Origin: Vicugna vicugna
Lineage: Eukaryota
Length of the DNA: 64,000 nt
NCBI GenBank assembly: GCA_013265495.1
Contig: MU061579.1
Span: forward strand, 6,424,124 to 6,488,123
Reading direction: 5' to 3'
The notes beneath the pieces were generated by a model that ran no database searches, was not told the origin of the DNA, and saw nothing but the letters and a program-made list of their open reading frames with translations. A program made the translations under genes and the position numbers. Shown piece after piece: positions 26,556-39,820 of the stretch. How positions within the stretch are numbered: position 1 is the first letter of the stretch; each line of letters starts with the position of its first letter.

Positions 26556-29500
26556 AATACCAATTCTATACAACCTTTCAGAAAATAAAAAAAGGAGAAA
26601 ACATTTCCTAATTAATTTATAAAGTTAATATACAAAAACCAAAGGCAGTTAAAAAAGATAGAAAACTATAGACTGATATTACTCATGCACATAGATATAA
26701 AATTTCTTAACTAAATATTAGCAGATAAAATTCAGCAATATATAAAAAGAATTATATACCATAGCCAAGTGGAGTTTTTTCCAAGGAGGCAAAGCTGACT
26801 CGATATTTGAAAATTCATCAGTGTAATTCACCATATTAACAGGCTAAAGAAGAATATTGCATGATCATATCAATCAAGGCAGAAAAGAGATTTGACAAAA
26901 TTCAATATTCATCCATGATGAAACCTCCCATACAAATAGAAGTAGACGGCACCAACTCAGTTTGACAAAGATTATCTACCAAAAAACCTATAGCTAGCAT
27001 CATACTTAATGGTTAAAGATTGAATACTTTCCCTCTACAATCAGGAACAAGGCAAAAGTGTCCACTCTTACAGCTCTTGTTCAACATATTACTAAAATTC
27101 ATATCAAGTACAATAAAACAAGAAAAGGAAATAAAAGACCTACACCTAAAAGGAAGAAATAAAACTATACCTATTTGTGGATTGTCCATGTAGAAAATCT
27201 CAAGAAATCTACAAAAACTTTGTTGTATTCAGTTGCAGAATACAACACAAACATACAAAAATTTCTAATTCTATATACTAGCAATAAACATATGAATATC
27301 AAAATAAAAATATGATACCATTCACAACTACTCAAACAAAAATAAAGTACTTAGGTGCAAATATAACAAAATACACAAAAGATTTTATGCTAAACACTTC
27401 AAAATGCTGATGAAAGAAGTCAAAGAAAATTTAAATGATATACCAGATTAATGGGACGGAAGACTCAATATATTAAAGATATCAATTCTTTCCAAATTAA
27501 CATACAGGTTTAAAGCAATTCCTATCAAAATCCCAGCAAGATTTTTTTCATAACTATAAACACAGCTTTTCTAAAATTTATATGGAGAGGCAAATGAACC
27601 AGACTAGCCAAATCATATTTTAAAAGGAAGAACAAAAACTTGGAGAAATCAGATTACACATATTATGCAACTACATTAAACAAGACTGTGTGGTATTGTC
27701 AGGGGCACTGATACATAATGTAGCCAACTAAATTTTTGACAAATGTGCAAACTGGGGAAGAATAGCATTATGACAAATGGTGGCTGAACAATTGGACACT
27801 CATAGACAAAAACTGAACTTCAACATAAGCCTCATATTTTGCATAAAAATTAAATCAACATGGATCACAAACTTAACTTTTATAAAGCTATAAAACTTTT
27901 AGGAGACAACATAGATGAAATTCTTCAGGTTCTCTGATCAAGAAAATAATCTATAGACGACATGAAAAGTATGATCTGTAAAAGAAAAAGTTAATAAACG
28001 AGAAAAAAATCAGTTAGCTGTACTTGTATGAATCTATTTCTGGGTTCTTTACTCTGTTTCATTGATTTCTGTCTCAGTCTCTGACAATACCACATAATCT
28101 TTTAAGATAGATGTATAACAAGTCTTGATATTGGGTAGTCTGATTCCTCCATCTTCATTCTTCTTTCCCCAAAATAAACTTTGCTCTATGAAAGATCTTG
28201 TTAAGAGGATGAAAAGACAAGCCAGCAACTAGGAGATAATACCTTCAAAGGATTAATGTTAAGAATATATAAAGAACTTTCTAATTTCAATGGTAAAAAT
28301 CAAATAATCTAATTAGAAAATGGGCAGAAGACATGAAAAGAAATATTACTGAAGATGATATGTAGATGGCAAATAAGCAAATGAAAAGATGCTCATTATC
28401 ATTAGCCTTTAGAGAAAAATTAAAGCCACTGAATTCTTACTACACACCTATCAGAATGGCTAAAATAAAAAACAGTGATGGAACCAAATGCTAGTGAGGA
28501 TGTGAAGAAATCAGATTATTTACACATTGCTAGTGGGAATGTAAATGGTATAAGTACTCTGGAAAACCTTTTGGCAATTTTCTATTAAACTAAGTATATA
28601 AATATTGCATGACTTAACAATTATACTCTTTGGCATTTATCCCAGAGAAATAAAGACTTAAGTTCACATGAAAACCTGTATGCAGATGTCCATCTCAACT
28701 TTATTCATAATAGCCAAAACTGGAAGCAACTCAAATGTCCTTCAGAGGATGAAAGTTTTAACAAACGGTAGTATAACCATATGGAGTATTACTTAATAAA
28801 AAACAACAAACAAAACAAAACTATTCATACACGCACAATATGGATAAATCTCAGGAGAATTATCCTGAGTGAAAAAAGCCAATTTTGAAAGGTTATATAC
28901 ACTGTATGACTGCACTTATATAATGTTCCTAAAGTGACAAAGTTATAAGAATAGAAAACAGATTAGTGATTTCCAGTTGGCTAAAGATAAAGAGGGATGT
29001 GGGTGGGGAAGTGGCTGTGGCTGTAAAAAGGCAGGAGGAAAATTACCCATGGTTTTGAGATTGTTCTGTGATTTGACTGCATCAATGTCAATTTCAATAT
29101 TGATAATTGACAATATTGACTGGTTGTGATATTGTACTACAGGTTTTGCAAGACAATAGCATGGGAGGAAAACAGGCATTCTCTGTATTATTTCTTGCAA
29201 TTGCATGAGAGTCTACAATCATCTCAAAATGAAAAATTTAATTAAAAAGAGCTTACCACTCACTAGTTGCATGCCACAAATGTATTTCATGCATACTTTA
29301 CTATTAATTTAAAAATATTTTTGACATTTAAAAATTTTAATATAGCTTAGAAAACTAAATCTCTTTCAAAAATTAGAAGCTATTTAAGTAAGCTTGTGAA
29401 AATATTCCTCCTCGTTCCCACCCACCGAAAAAATGTGATGATAGATTGAGAATGAACTGCAGATAACAAGCCAATTTAACATTATTTTGTTTTATACATA

Positions 29501-29819
29501 AAATATAAAAGTAAGGTGTTGCAAACCAACTTTAGCCTATTTGGTCTTCAAAACTCCTATGTTGTTTTTGGTAGATAATGACAAGTCCCCAAAGATGTTT
29601 GAGGAAAGGATTATATTCTCCCCAAAAATCTCATTGCTAGGTATAATAAAATCAAGTACCAGAGAAACTCTAAGCAAGAATATTGTTTTAATGATGGCAT
29701 GTTTAATAAATAAATAAAATAATTTTACTGTACATAATTTCTAATGATCTTGGTATACATGATTATATATGATACATATTATATATGGAAAATACTAATA
29801 TATATAAGATCATCAATTT

Positions 29820-32441
29820 CTCCATTAAAGTATTATTTATTTATAATATTGTATCAGTTTCAGTTGTACAAAATAGTGATTCAATATTTTTATAGATTAT
29901 ACTCTACTTAAATTTATTAAAAATAATGGCTATACTTCCCTGTGCTATACAATATATCCTTGTTTTTTATTTATTTTATACATAGTACTTTATATCTCTT
30001 AATCACTTACCCTGTTCTTACCCTTCCCCACTTTGCTCTCCCCACTGGTAACCACTACTTCATACTCTGTATGTGTGATTCTTTTTCTGTTTTATTATAT
30101 TTATCATTTGTTTTATCTTTTAGATTCCAAATACGTGATAACACAGAGTATCTTTCTCTGTCTGACTTATTTTACTAAGCATAATACCTCCAGGTTCATC
30201 CACATTGTGGCAAATGACAGAGTTTCATTCTTTTTATGGCTGAGTAATATTCTATCATATGTATATACCTCTTTATTCATTCATTTGTTGATGGACACTT
30301 AAATTGCTTCCGCAGCTTGGTGACTATAAATAATGCTGCTATAAACATTGGGGTGTATGTATCTTTTCAGATTACTGTTTATTTTTTCTTTGGATATATA
30401 TGCAGGAGTGAAATGGCTGGATCATATGATGGTTCTGCTTTTATTTTTTTTAAGGACCCTCCATATTGTTTTCCATAATGGCTGCATCAATTTGCATTTC
30501 CACCAAGAGTGTACTGGAGTTTCCTTTTGTCACATTCTAGCCAGCACATTTGCTATCTGTAGACTTTCTGATGATAGTCATTCTGACAGGCATGAAGTAA
30601 TATCTCATTGTGGGGTTGATTTGCATTTCTCTGATGGTTAGCAATGTTGAGCATCTTTCAAGAGTTTGTTGGCCATCTATATATCTTCTTTGGAAAAATG
30701 TCTATTCAGGTCCTTTGTCCACTTTTTAATCAGGTTGATTGTATTTTGATATTGAGTTGTAGGAACCGCTTATGTTTTTGGGGTATCAACCCATTATTGG
30801 TCATATTACTGCAAATATTTTCTCTGATTCAGTAGATTATCTTTGTTTTGTTCATGGTTTCCTTTTCCGTGTAGAAGCTTTTAAGTTTAATTGGGTCACA
30901 TTTGTTTACTTTTGCTTTTGTTTCCTTTGCTTTAGGAGACAGATTCAAAAACAATTGCTGCAATTTATGGCAGAGTGTTCTGCCTATGTTTTCCTCTAGA
31001 AATTTTATATTATCTGGTCTTACATTTACATCATTAATCCATTTTTAGTTTATTTTTGTATATGGTGTTAGAGAATGTTCTAATTTCATTCTTTTACATT
31101 TAGCTGTCCAGTTTTCCCAGCACCACTTATTGAAGAGATTGTCTTTTCCTTTTTGTATATTCTTGCCTCCTTTGTCATAGATTAATTGATCATTAAGGTG
31201 AAGGTTTATTTGTGGGCTCTCCATTCTGTTCTATTGATCTATGTGTCTATTTTTGTGCCAGTGCCATGCTGTTCTGACTACTGTAGCTTTGTAGTACAAT
31301 CTGAAGTCAGGGAGTGTGATACGGCCAGCTTTGTTCTTTTCTCTCAAGATTGCTTTGGCAATTCTGGGCCCTTTATGATCCCCTAATTCTGTTAGCATTT
31401 TTATTACTAATGCTTTGAAATCTTTATCTGCTAAATTATTTACTTCTGTTTTACTGGTTGTTTTTTCAGGGGTTTTCTCCTTCTTCTTTAGATTGAAACA
31501 AATTCCTCTGCCTAATCATCTTGTTTGCCTTTCTCTGTCTCTGTGAAATTGTTACCTACTGTGGTCTTGAAAGTTGTCCTTGTGTGGGAGTATCCCTATA
31601 TAGTCTGTGTGTGCCCAATGGCATGATGAGAGAGCTGGATCTGATCTGAGCATGAGTCATGTCTTTCCCTTGGGTGTGCTGGAAGCTATCACCTTGGTAG
31701 GAGGGGAGCTGGACATAGAGGGTCTAGTTCCAGACCCAGGTGTGAGCTGGGGATTCTCCTCTGCTCAGTAGCCAGCACCACCTTATTTGGGGTGGGGTCA
31801 TGTCCCAAGTTTCTTGAGTAGAAACCCTGAGATTTGAGTCCAAGCTCTAGTTTTAATCACCTTTGTCCCTCTCAACTAAAATCTCCCCTTGGTTGCAGCA
31901 ACCCTTGCTCTAGTGTGAAGCTGTGTCATGAAGCAAATGGGGACGGAATGGGCACTCAGTTCAGGCTGGAGCACACGGTGGAGTCATCATGAGAAACTGG
32001 CCAGCTTCCTGTGCTATTTCAATCCACCTTCTCTGCCCTGTTTCAGGAGTAAGCATGCTCCTGTTTGTCCCAAAGGCCCTCCAACCAGCCAAGGGGACTT
32101 GTCTTCCATACATCAGACCGCAGGGCTGGGGCATCCAATATGTGGCTTGAACCACTCACTCCCCAAGGAGTGTATTTCCCCTCTTGTTTTGAATACCTTC
32201 CTAGGGGCACAAGTCCTGACCTGATTGCTTCTCTTCCCTTCCTACACTTCCCTTCCTACCCTCCCCTTCCTACCCTCACAATAAATTGGATCTTTCTCAT
32301 AGCCTTGGTTGTACAGAAGTCTTTCTGTCAGTCTCCAGGTCATTTTCACTGAGAATTGCTCCACAAGTAGATGTATTTTTTATGTGTTTTTGGTGTAGGT
32401 GAGCTCCACATCCTCCAACTCCACCACCTTGATCTTGTTCT
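29820..32441 (-). mobile_element. Younger cetartiodactyl-type L1: 5' UTR and ORF1 start joined directly to the ORF2 C-terminus and 3' UTR
   Basis: 5' UTR start GATCAAGGTGGTGGAGTTGGAGGATGTGGAGCTCACC..AAAAATACATCTAC; ORF1 ATG at 31519 (MIRQRNLFQ, then after a frameshift ..[16 protein letters not shown]); ORF2 ..[30 protein letters not shown]; 3' UTR includes plus-strand TGGCTATACTTCCCTGTGCTATACAATATATCC; candidate TSD matching 12/15. Confidence 0.88.
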
Positions 32442-33277
32442 TAGGATCATTATTTTGTATGGCTACAAATCCTCTAATCTTGGCAGCAAAGGTGTTAGAG
32501 CATGCCACAGTTAAAAATTATGGCTTGATAATCAATACATCTCAACTAATGTCAAACAAAATTAGACTCCAGCTTTACAAGTCATGCTATCTGCCTTCAA
32601 GAAGCATAGAATCTACTAGAGGAAATATGTAAACAAATTATGGTATAAGATAATAAATGCTGGTATAGATGTACAAATAATATGGTAGCTAAGAGAATGA
32701 ATCAACTATTTGTTCCTGCCACAAGTATGAATACTTACGGCAGACCACAAGGAGGAATGGGTTTTGTATTATAATAAGAAATTTCATTTTATATGTACTT
32801 TGTTTGAAGATACTCATTGGTCATACAAGTAGAGAAATTTAGAGACAGTGGTTTTAATGAGTCTAGAGCTTAGAGAAGAAGTGTCAGATGTAAAATAAAT
32901 TAGAAAGCATTTATATGGCTTTAAAGCCCTGAGACTAGATCAATGGAGCGGGTGCATTCATGAAGAGACATACCGAAGCATCGCAGCTCTTCAATTCAAC
33001 AGTCAGAGAAATGAGGCAACTACCAAGGAGAATGTGAAGAAACAGTTAATGGTATGAAAGTAACGGAGCCAATGAGACAATGTAGAGTCTTAGCTATTAA
33101 GCTAAGAAGAAATATTTGTATAATATACTCAGCTGTCCTTTCAAATCTAAATATATTTGGAAACTACTACCAATATTACCCAGGCTGGCCAAAGGTATCT
33201 GTATCTGATCTTAGTCTGGAGGTCAGGATGGAGTTTTAACAATTCTCAATTATCTTAGATTAGTAGATAAAGCAACA

Positions 33278-33630
33278 TAGGTCCACAATCCCTTATCTGC
33301 CTTTCCAGAATCCAACTAATTCTGAAACCAAAGAAAATTCACTTGGTAAAAATATCTAATTTGTCCTTTATCCTTTTAGCAACAAAGCCTAATTGGAACC
33401 ACCATAAGTCAACTTATATTCTTTATTTCCCACTTAGTGAGAATAAGTCCATGCATTTTACTGCCAAAAACTATTCCTGGGTTTGAATTTGTCATCGCTG
33501 CCCTAGGCCCTTCAGAAGGTGCAATGGAATTTGTGAGTGAGAACCTTATTTTCTATTCTGAACTTAAAATTTCTAAATTCTGAATAACATTTAATTTTGG
33601 GGGTATTAATGAAGTGATTGTGGTCCTCTA
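33278..33630 (+). mobile_element. Tigger12-like TcMar MITE
   Basis: TIRs AGGTCCACAATCCCTT / AAGTGATTGTGGTCCT with TA at the flanks. Confidence 0.7.
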
Positions 33631-33909
33631 TAAAATTATTCTATGTGTATTTCATAGAAAACAGTCTATTTTAACCATAAATACATTTAGATTGTAAAAG
33701 CCTGGTGCATAATAAAATAATTCAATCTCTTATCTTCTACCTGGATGTATTCTACTTTCTCTAGGAAGAGAGATTTTCTAATTGTAAACACAGATATAGA
33801 GAAATTCTTAATTTACAAGAATATTTCTGAATTTTGGGGCCCCCAGAAGATCATTTGGAAATACTTTGAACATTTATCCATAATATACATAAAGGCATGG
33901 TATTGGTTG

Positions 33910-33994
33910 ATATATATGTGTGTGTGTGTATATATATGTTATTTTCTGTCACAAATATATCTATTTACATACACACACACACACACACACAGAG

Positions 33995-34028
<34 letters not shown>
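33910..34028. repeat. Compound (TA)/(TG)/(CA) microsatellite
   Basis: Read directly. Confidence 0.9.
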
Positions 34029-37000
34029 CCAATTTTAGAGTTGACTGATTCACATCATGCCTTCACCTGGATCTGAGCCAACATGAAGAATGAAAATTGG
34101 CTTTTAAAAAAAAAAGTCATGGCTGACTTACTGCATGGATCATTTTCTTCAATAGATACTTTGAATCTACTACGTTTCCAGCACTATATAAGAACTGGAA
34201 GAAAAAAAGACTTTTCTGATCCCATTCTGAGTGGGGATTTTAATATACATTTCCCACTCTATAGAATATAGGAGTAAATACAGAGAAGAATCTTCACAGA
34301 TAAGGTGATAGGTGCATCTGTGCAGCAGCCTGTGTGCATGCAAATGTAGAACAGTTCTTGGTCACCCAAATGCCTTGAACTTGCTCTACACCCTCTTGTT
34401 AAGATGGAGGATACCTATCATATGATAGTTGCTTAAGATTTGTTACTTGAATGAATGAACAAATATACAATTCTAATATAAAATAAGGATCTTGCTTATA
34501 AAAAGCTAGACACCAAACAGGAAGGCCTCTTTACTGGAGAGAAAGCAGAGCACTGGGCAACTGGAAACAATGGCTTAGCAGTTAGCTCTGAGGGAGATTG
34601 CAACAGGCTGGTCAATGCTTTGACAGTCTGCAGCAAACAGAAAAAGATAACAGGAGGAAGGGACAGCAATGCAGCAAGAGGCAGCTCTGATTATACATGA
34701 CATCTCAATGTCCCCACTTGGACCCAGAAATTCCACGAGGAAAAACTGTTATACCTAGGACCCCCCACCAGAAAAGCTGAAAGGATCTTTTTTCAGTTTA
34801 TTTACCTTAGGATCACTGAGGATTATCAGGCATATTTGGAAAGAGGAATACCCAGAAATGGAGGGTTCTTCTTTTAGTGAAATAGAAATTTAGAATCTAT
34901 AGGATTGTATTCAACAATTGACAGAGTTTGGGACATCCCAATTATGCTACAATCTGTAATACACAGATAAACAGTTTTGGACTCAACCATTTATGCATGG
35001 ATTTTCTCCCTTTCTTGTATGACATAATGTAAGATACACATACACACACACAGAGAGAGAGAGAGAGAGAAAGAGAGTTTACATTTTTTACTCTTACAAT
35101 AAATTGTAAACTCTTGGTAGTAGGGAGTATACCTTATTCATCTTTCCACCCAAATTACTCATAGTGATCCTGACTCACAATAGGATTAAGTACTTTTTAG
35201 GTAAATAAAACAGTGAAGCAATGAGTTCTTTATCTGCAATGGTGAAAAAATAAATGATTTTAATTAACTCATTTGTGTGGGAAAAAAACACTGATCTGGT
35301 TATTGAATGGTCATTAATAAAGTACTAGTTTCATTGTTTATGTGTTTGTTCACCAATCATGTGAAATTTGACATTCCATTTAACTTCCAGATCATCTTCA
35401 AAAGCTCCGTACATTGTAAAGAATGTAAAGTGGCATAGATATTTCCTACAGTCTCTTATACCACAAACATTTCATGTTTACATTTTTAAACCAGATATAT
35501 TAAGAAATGATGTGTGTGCCTTTATGTTTAGACGTATTATAAAGATATAGAGTAGAGAAAAAAGCTCAAAAGAACATTGAAATGCCATTAGTCTGATCAA
35601 ATACCAAATTCTCTGTTAGTGCTATCTCTCCTTTTATGAAGTTTCTCCTTTTGCCCTTCTCCAAATGGTGTTGGATGCCAGAGATCTGTATTTTCAAGGT
35701 GGTAGGGAAGAATCTTGAGTCCATAACTGAGTCTCTTGTGTGGTCCAGTAATTGGTCACTTACTGATAAAGCCTGTCATCCCTCATTTAGTCTCTGAGAC
35801 TTCTATGTTCTGATTAGAAACCTACTGTTGCTCAACGGTTTATGTTATCACTTCTTAGTGTACTAGCAGGTGCATGAGAACTTAGGAGTTCCTGTGTTAC
35901 ACCATGTACAGGTTGTAGGAAATCTGGGCTACTCTCTCAGCCACTTTAAATCTAATAGAGGGAACCACGTGGAATGTGGCAATATGGTGACCACATAAGC
36001 TTTCCAAAGGTTTACCAACTTTCCCATTATATGGAAAAGAAGCAAAGAGCACATTAAAACCTCTCTCACCCCAAAACACACATGCATTAGTTTGCTTCAT
36101 TCAACCTATTTCAATATATTTACCACACTCTCCTATCATGTTTACCACCAGGAGAGGAGGTGAATAGGGACACCCACATCTGACCTCTTGTTCTTCTACC
36201 CTATTTTTTCCTCTTCAAGAGTAGAAGAGCTTTCAATTTCCATTTATGTTTCATAGGAACTTTTACAATCTTCTCCTTATCCACATTTATGGTTAAGGTG
36301 AATATAGAAAATAGCCTCAAAACTGGGACACTTTTTGAAAATAAAAGGGAGAAGGACAAACACTAACTAAACTTGACCAAAAACCTGGAAAACTGAACAA
36401 GAGGCAGAAATCAAGACTGTCCTTGTCATAACTTCACTTACAGTGAGATTCTATGACTTAAGTCAACCTGGTTTGAATTGATATATTTAAGGGAAAATTA
36501 GAATTTTGAAGAATTCTTTTTTAATAAGTATGACTTTCATAAGTATTATTTCCCTAGAGACACAACAAGGTCAGCTTTCAGACTCTAAATTAATGATAAC
36601 CTTGTTCTGGGCAGGAGCCAACATTTACCTGAAGCAGTCAATGTATTTGATGAATGGGGGGTAGGGTGGGAGGAGGTAATGATTATGAGACTAACATGTC
36701 AGTAAGAGAAAAAAAAATCATTTGATATTTTAAAAACATCTTCCTTTTAAATATAGTAAATGACTAGAGCAAAACATAAAATTAAAAAAAAAGTACTGAT
36801 AAGTTGACCTGTAGTATATTTTTATTTTTTCATCTTATGTACAATTTATGTCACATGTTTATCATAATTAGTCTGACACTCTAAGAAACTAGAATGATTC
36901 TTTTAAATGCACACATACAAGTTAGTTGTTCTATAAAGACACTAACTTAACATTAGTGGTGGCGTCCAAAACCATTTTATTCACATAAAACAGAAGGTTC

Positions 37001-37380
37001 TGTTATTTCAATTTTAAAGAAAGTAGATAATCAAATTATCAATTGCCCATTGTGTTATATTATGAATTCATGTTATTGAAAAATGCATTATCAAGAGGTT
37101 TTAATCTTTTCTAAGAATGACAGAACAATCTGGAATGTAGGATCAGGAGGACCACAATCCTCTTTCAATTGCACATGAGAGAAAGCCTCTACAGTTTTCA
37201 ACAGAAAGAAAAGCAATAGCTCATTTGAACAACATGACTTATAGCTGCCTATGGTAGGTGATTTACTAGAGTAAATGGCAAGGCACTTTTATTTCCAACA
37301 TATAGTTTTGTCACTGGTAAAGTTATATCATTAATTTTCAGATGAATGCAGATCGTTTAAGAATACAAACTGGTTGAATC

Positions 37381-38313
37381 GTTTCTTCTCTTTCTGTGAA
37401 AAAAAAAATGCCACTGGGATTTTGATAAGGATTGCATTGTATCTGTATGTGCCTTTGGGTACTATGGACATTTTAACAATATTAAGTCTTCTAATCTACG
37501 GACATGGGCGTCTTTCCATTTGTTTGTGTCTTGTTTAATTTCTTTCATCACTGTTTTCAGCTTTCAGTATACAAGCTTTTCACCTCCTTAATTAAATTTA
37601 TTCCTAGGTATTTTTTTCTTTTTGTTTTATACTGTTGGTAGGAATTGAAAATGGTGTGGCCACTATGGAAAATAGTATGGAGTTTCCTCGAAACTTAAAA
37701 ATAGAACAATATATGATCCAGAAAATCCATTTGTGGATGTTTATGTAAAAGAATTGAAATCAGGATCTTGAAAAGATATGGGTATGCTTATGCTCACTGC
37801 AGCATCATTCTAGTAGACAAGATGTGGAAACATCCTAAATTTCCATTGACAGACGAAGGGATAAAGAAAATGTGGTATGTGCATACCATGGAATACTATG
37901 AAGGAAATACATATTTTAAAAGTGTGGAATAAGGAAAAAGAAAGAAATCCTGCAATATGTAATAACACAGATGAATTGTGAGAACTTTATTTTATATGAA
38001 GTAAGCCAACCACAGAAAAACAGATACTGCATGATTCCACTGAGGCATATCAAAAGTCAAATTTATAGAACCAAAGAGTAGGATGTTGGCCCCGCAGGGA
38101 CGAGAGGAGGGAAGAACAGGGAGTTATTAATCAATATGCATAGAGTTGCAGTCAAGCAAGATAAACAAACTCTATACAAATACAAATCTATAGATTTGTA
38201 GCACAACATTGTACCCATAATCAACAATAATGTATTGTACATTTAAAATTTTGTCACGAGAGTGGATCTTCTGTTAATTATTCTTAGCATAATAAAAGAA
38301 AATGAAAAAAAAA
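37381..38313 (+). mobile_element. L1MA-type element with 5' inversion (37381-37628 antisense, 37629-38313 sense, A-tail)
   Basis: Antisense ORF2 GGGATTTTGATAAGGATTGCATTG abuts sense CTGTTGGTAGGAATTGAAAATGGTGTGGCCACTATGGAAAA; 3' UTR CAACATTGTACCCATAATCAACAATAATGTATTGTAC. Confidence 0.85.
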
Positions 38314-39734
38314 GTATGTAAAGTGAATGAAAATAAGTAGACTCTAAATTCTAAAGTGATTCCAAAACATGCTTTAGAATTAGAGTGTGACAAAAGCAGA
38401 GAGAAATGGACAAAATAATAACTAGATGGAGCTTTGATGATTATCAATATCTAGGTTATTAAGCATTTTCTAAAAAAGCAATTGGAGTTGGGGAGGATTG
38501 AAAAAACATGAATGGCAAAAAGCCAAAAGGTACAATTAAAAGCAGCTCAAAGCGCAAGGCAGAATTACTTACTTTTTTTTACAGCAAAGTAAAAAAAAGT
38601 GAATAGACTTTGAAAAGGTCAAAACAATTGTAAATTAAAGAAAAAAGCAAATGCTAAAGGAAGAAAAAGTCAAGAGAGCAATCATCTGGAAGCTACCTTG
38701 ACAAGGCAAAAGATACAAACAATACTCAGCTTCCATTTGAACAGCACTTGGGTAGAATGTTTAAATCACGAACATGTATAGTTACTGGCTTAAATGTGCT
38801 AAGATAAACCAGGGAAACAGGAAGGGCTGGGAAGGGGCATAAGGGAGGGGGAGTGTTAAATTAAAAATTCCATAGGTTTAAGTTAAAGGAAGTTTTGGCA
38901 AAAGAAAATCCAAAATTGAATTCTTAATTACCAGCTTCCCCTACCAAATTCAGAAGATAGAAAATATCATTAGCCTTAAAAGAGGGACATAAAAATCACA
39001 CACATCCAAAAATTCACCATGCTACTTAGTATCAAAACAAGTTAATAAAAATCCCCAGCAGAACAAACTCTTATATTCCATGCAAATATTTAACCACATT
39101 TCCAAAGAAAATTTGAATCATAAAACCAACCACATTCACTAGTAAGAAGTAAAAAAAAAGAAACGTCTAATTCTAAGTATATAGCATATATTAGTATAAA
39201 ATAGTATATTTCCAATTTGAATGAAGGTAGGTTCCCCAAGACAGTTCCAACACTTCTGGTGACAAATTTTCAGACTTGATAAACTATTAGCCCTTCTGCA
39301 AAACTGTGAAATGTATAGGGCTTAACTATTTTCTTTATAATCAGCAAGTAAAGTTGGAACAAAAGTTTTGCCTACTTCTTTAGGCACTTCAGTGCTATCA
39401 GAAGATAATTAAGGATGGAAACGGAAAATAGAAATAGAAATCAAATTTCCCATGAAATAAAAACACTGGCAAAATGGAGACTTAATTTGAATTGCATATG
39501 TCAATGATGCTTTTTAAAATAAGTGATTTGTGTTTGTGACAGCTCTGTATGGCTGTGAAGACAGATTGTCAATAGTAGAATAGGAAATTAAGCAACAGAA
39601 TAGAGATAGTTCCCAAGAACATTAAAAATAAGATATATCATGCATTAAATTAACTCCTGCACATAAAGAATGGATGCACATAAAGCTAGAAACCAAACAC
39701 TGCTACTTGACAAGGTCACTGAATAGATCTACGC

Positions 39735-39820
39735 AGAGAGTACTCTGCACAACTCCAGAGGGCACCATTTGAACAAGCTACAATGTAAATGGCACCTTCT
39801 ACAGTTGTGCTGTGCAAAAA
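39735..39820. mobile_element. MER91-like palindromic hAT MITE relic
   Basis: GCACAACTCCAGAGGGCACCATTT (39747-39770) is inverted to AAATGGCACCTTCTACAGTTGTGC (39787-39810). Confidence 0.7.

Larger units (their letters stand above)
23410..29250 (+). mobile_element. 5'-truncated L1MC/MD (ORF2 relic plus 3' UTR), interrupted by an MLT1 provirus
   Basis: ORF2 landmarks (GCACTTCAAAATATGTGAAGCAAAAACTGAC; TCAGGAACAAGGCAAAAGTGTCCACTCT; TGGCAAATAAGCAAATGAAAAGATGCTC) and 3' UTR ending TCTACAATCATCTCAAAATGAAAAATTTAATTAAAAA; many stops. Confidence 0.9.

Noticed and set aside
29942..31386. Cluster of plus-strand hydrophobic ORFs
   Set aside because: Antisense readings of L1 ORF2 and 3' UTR.
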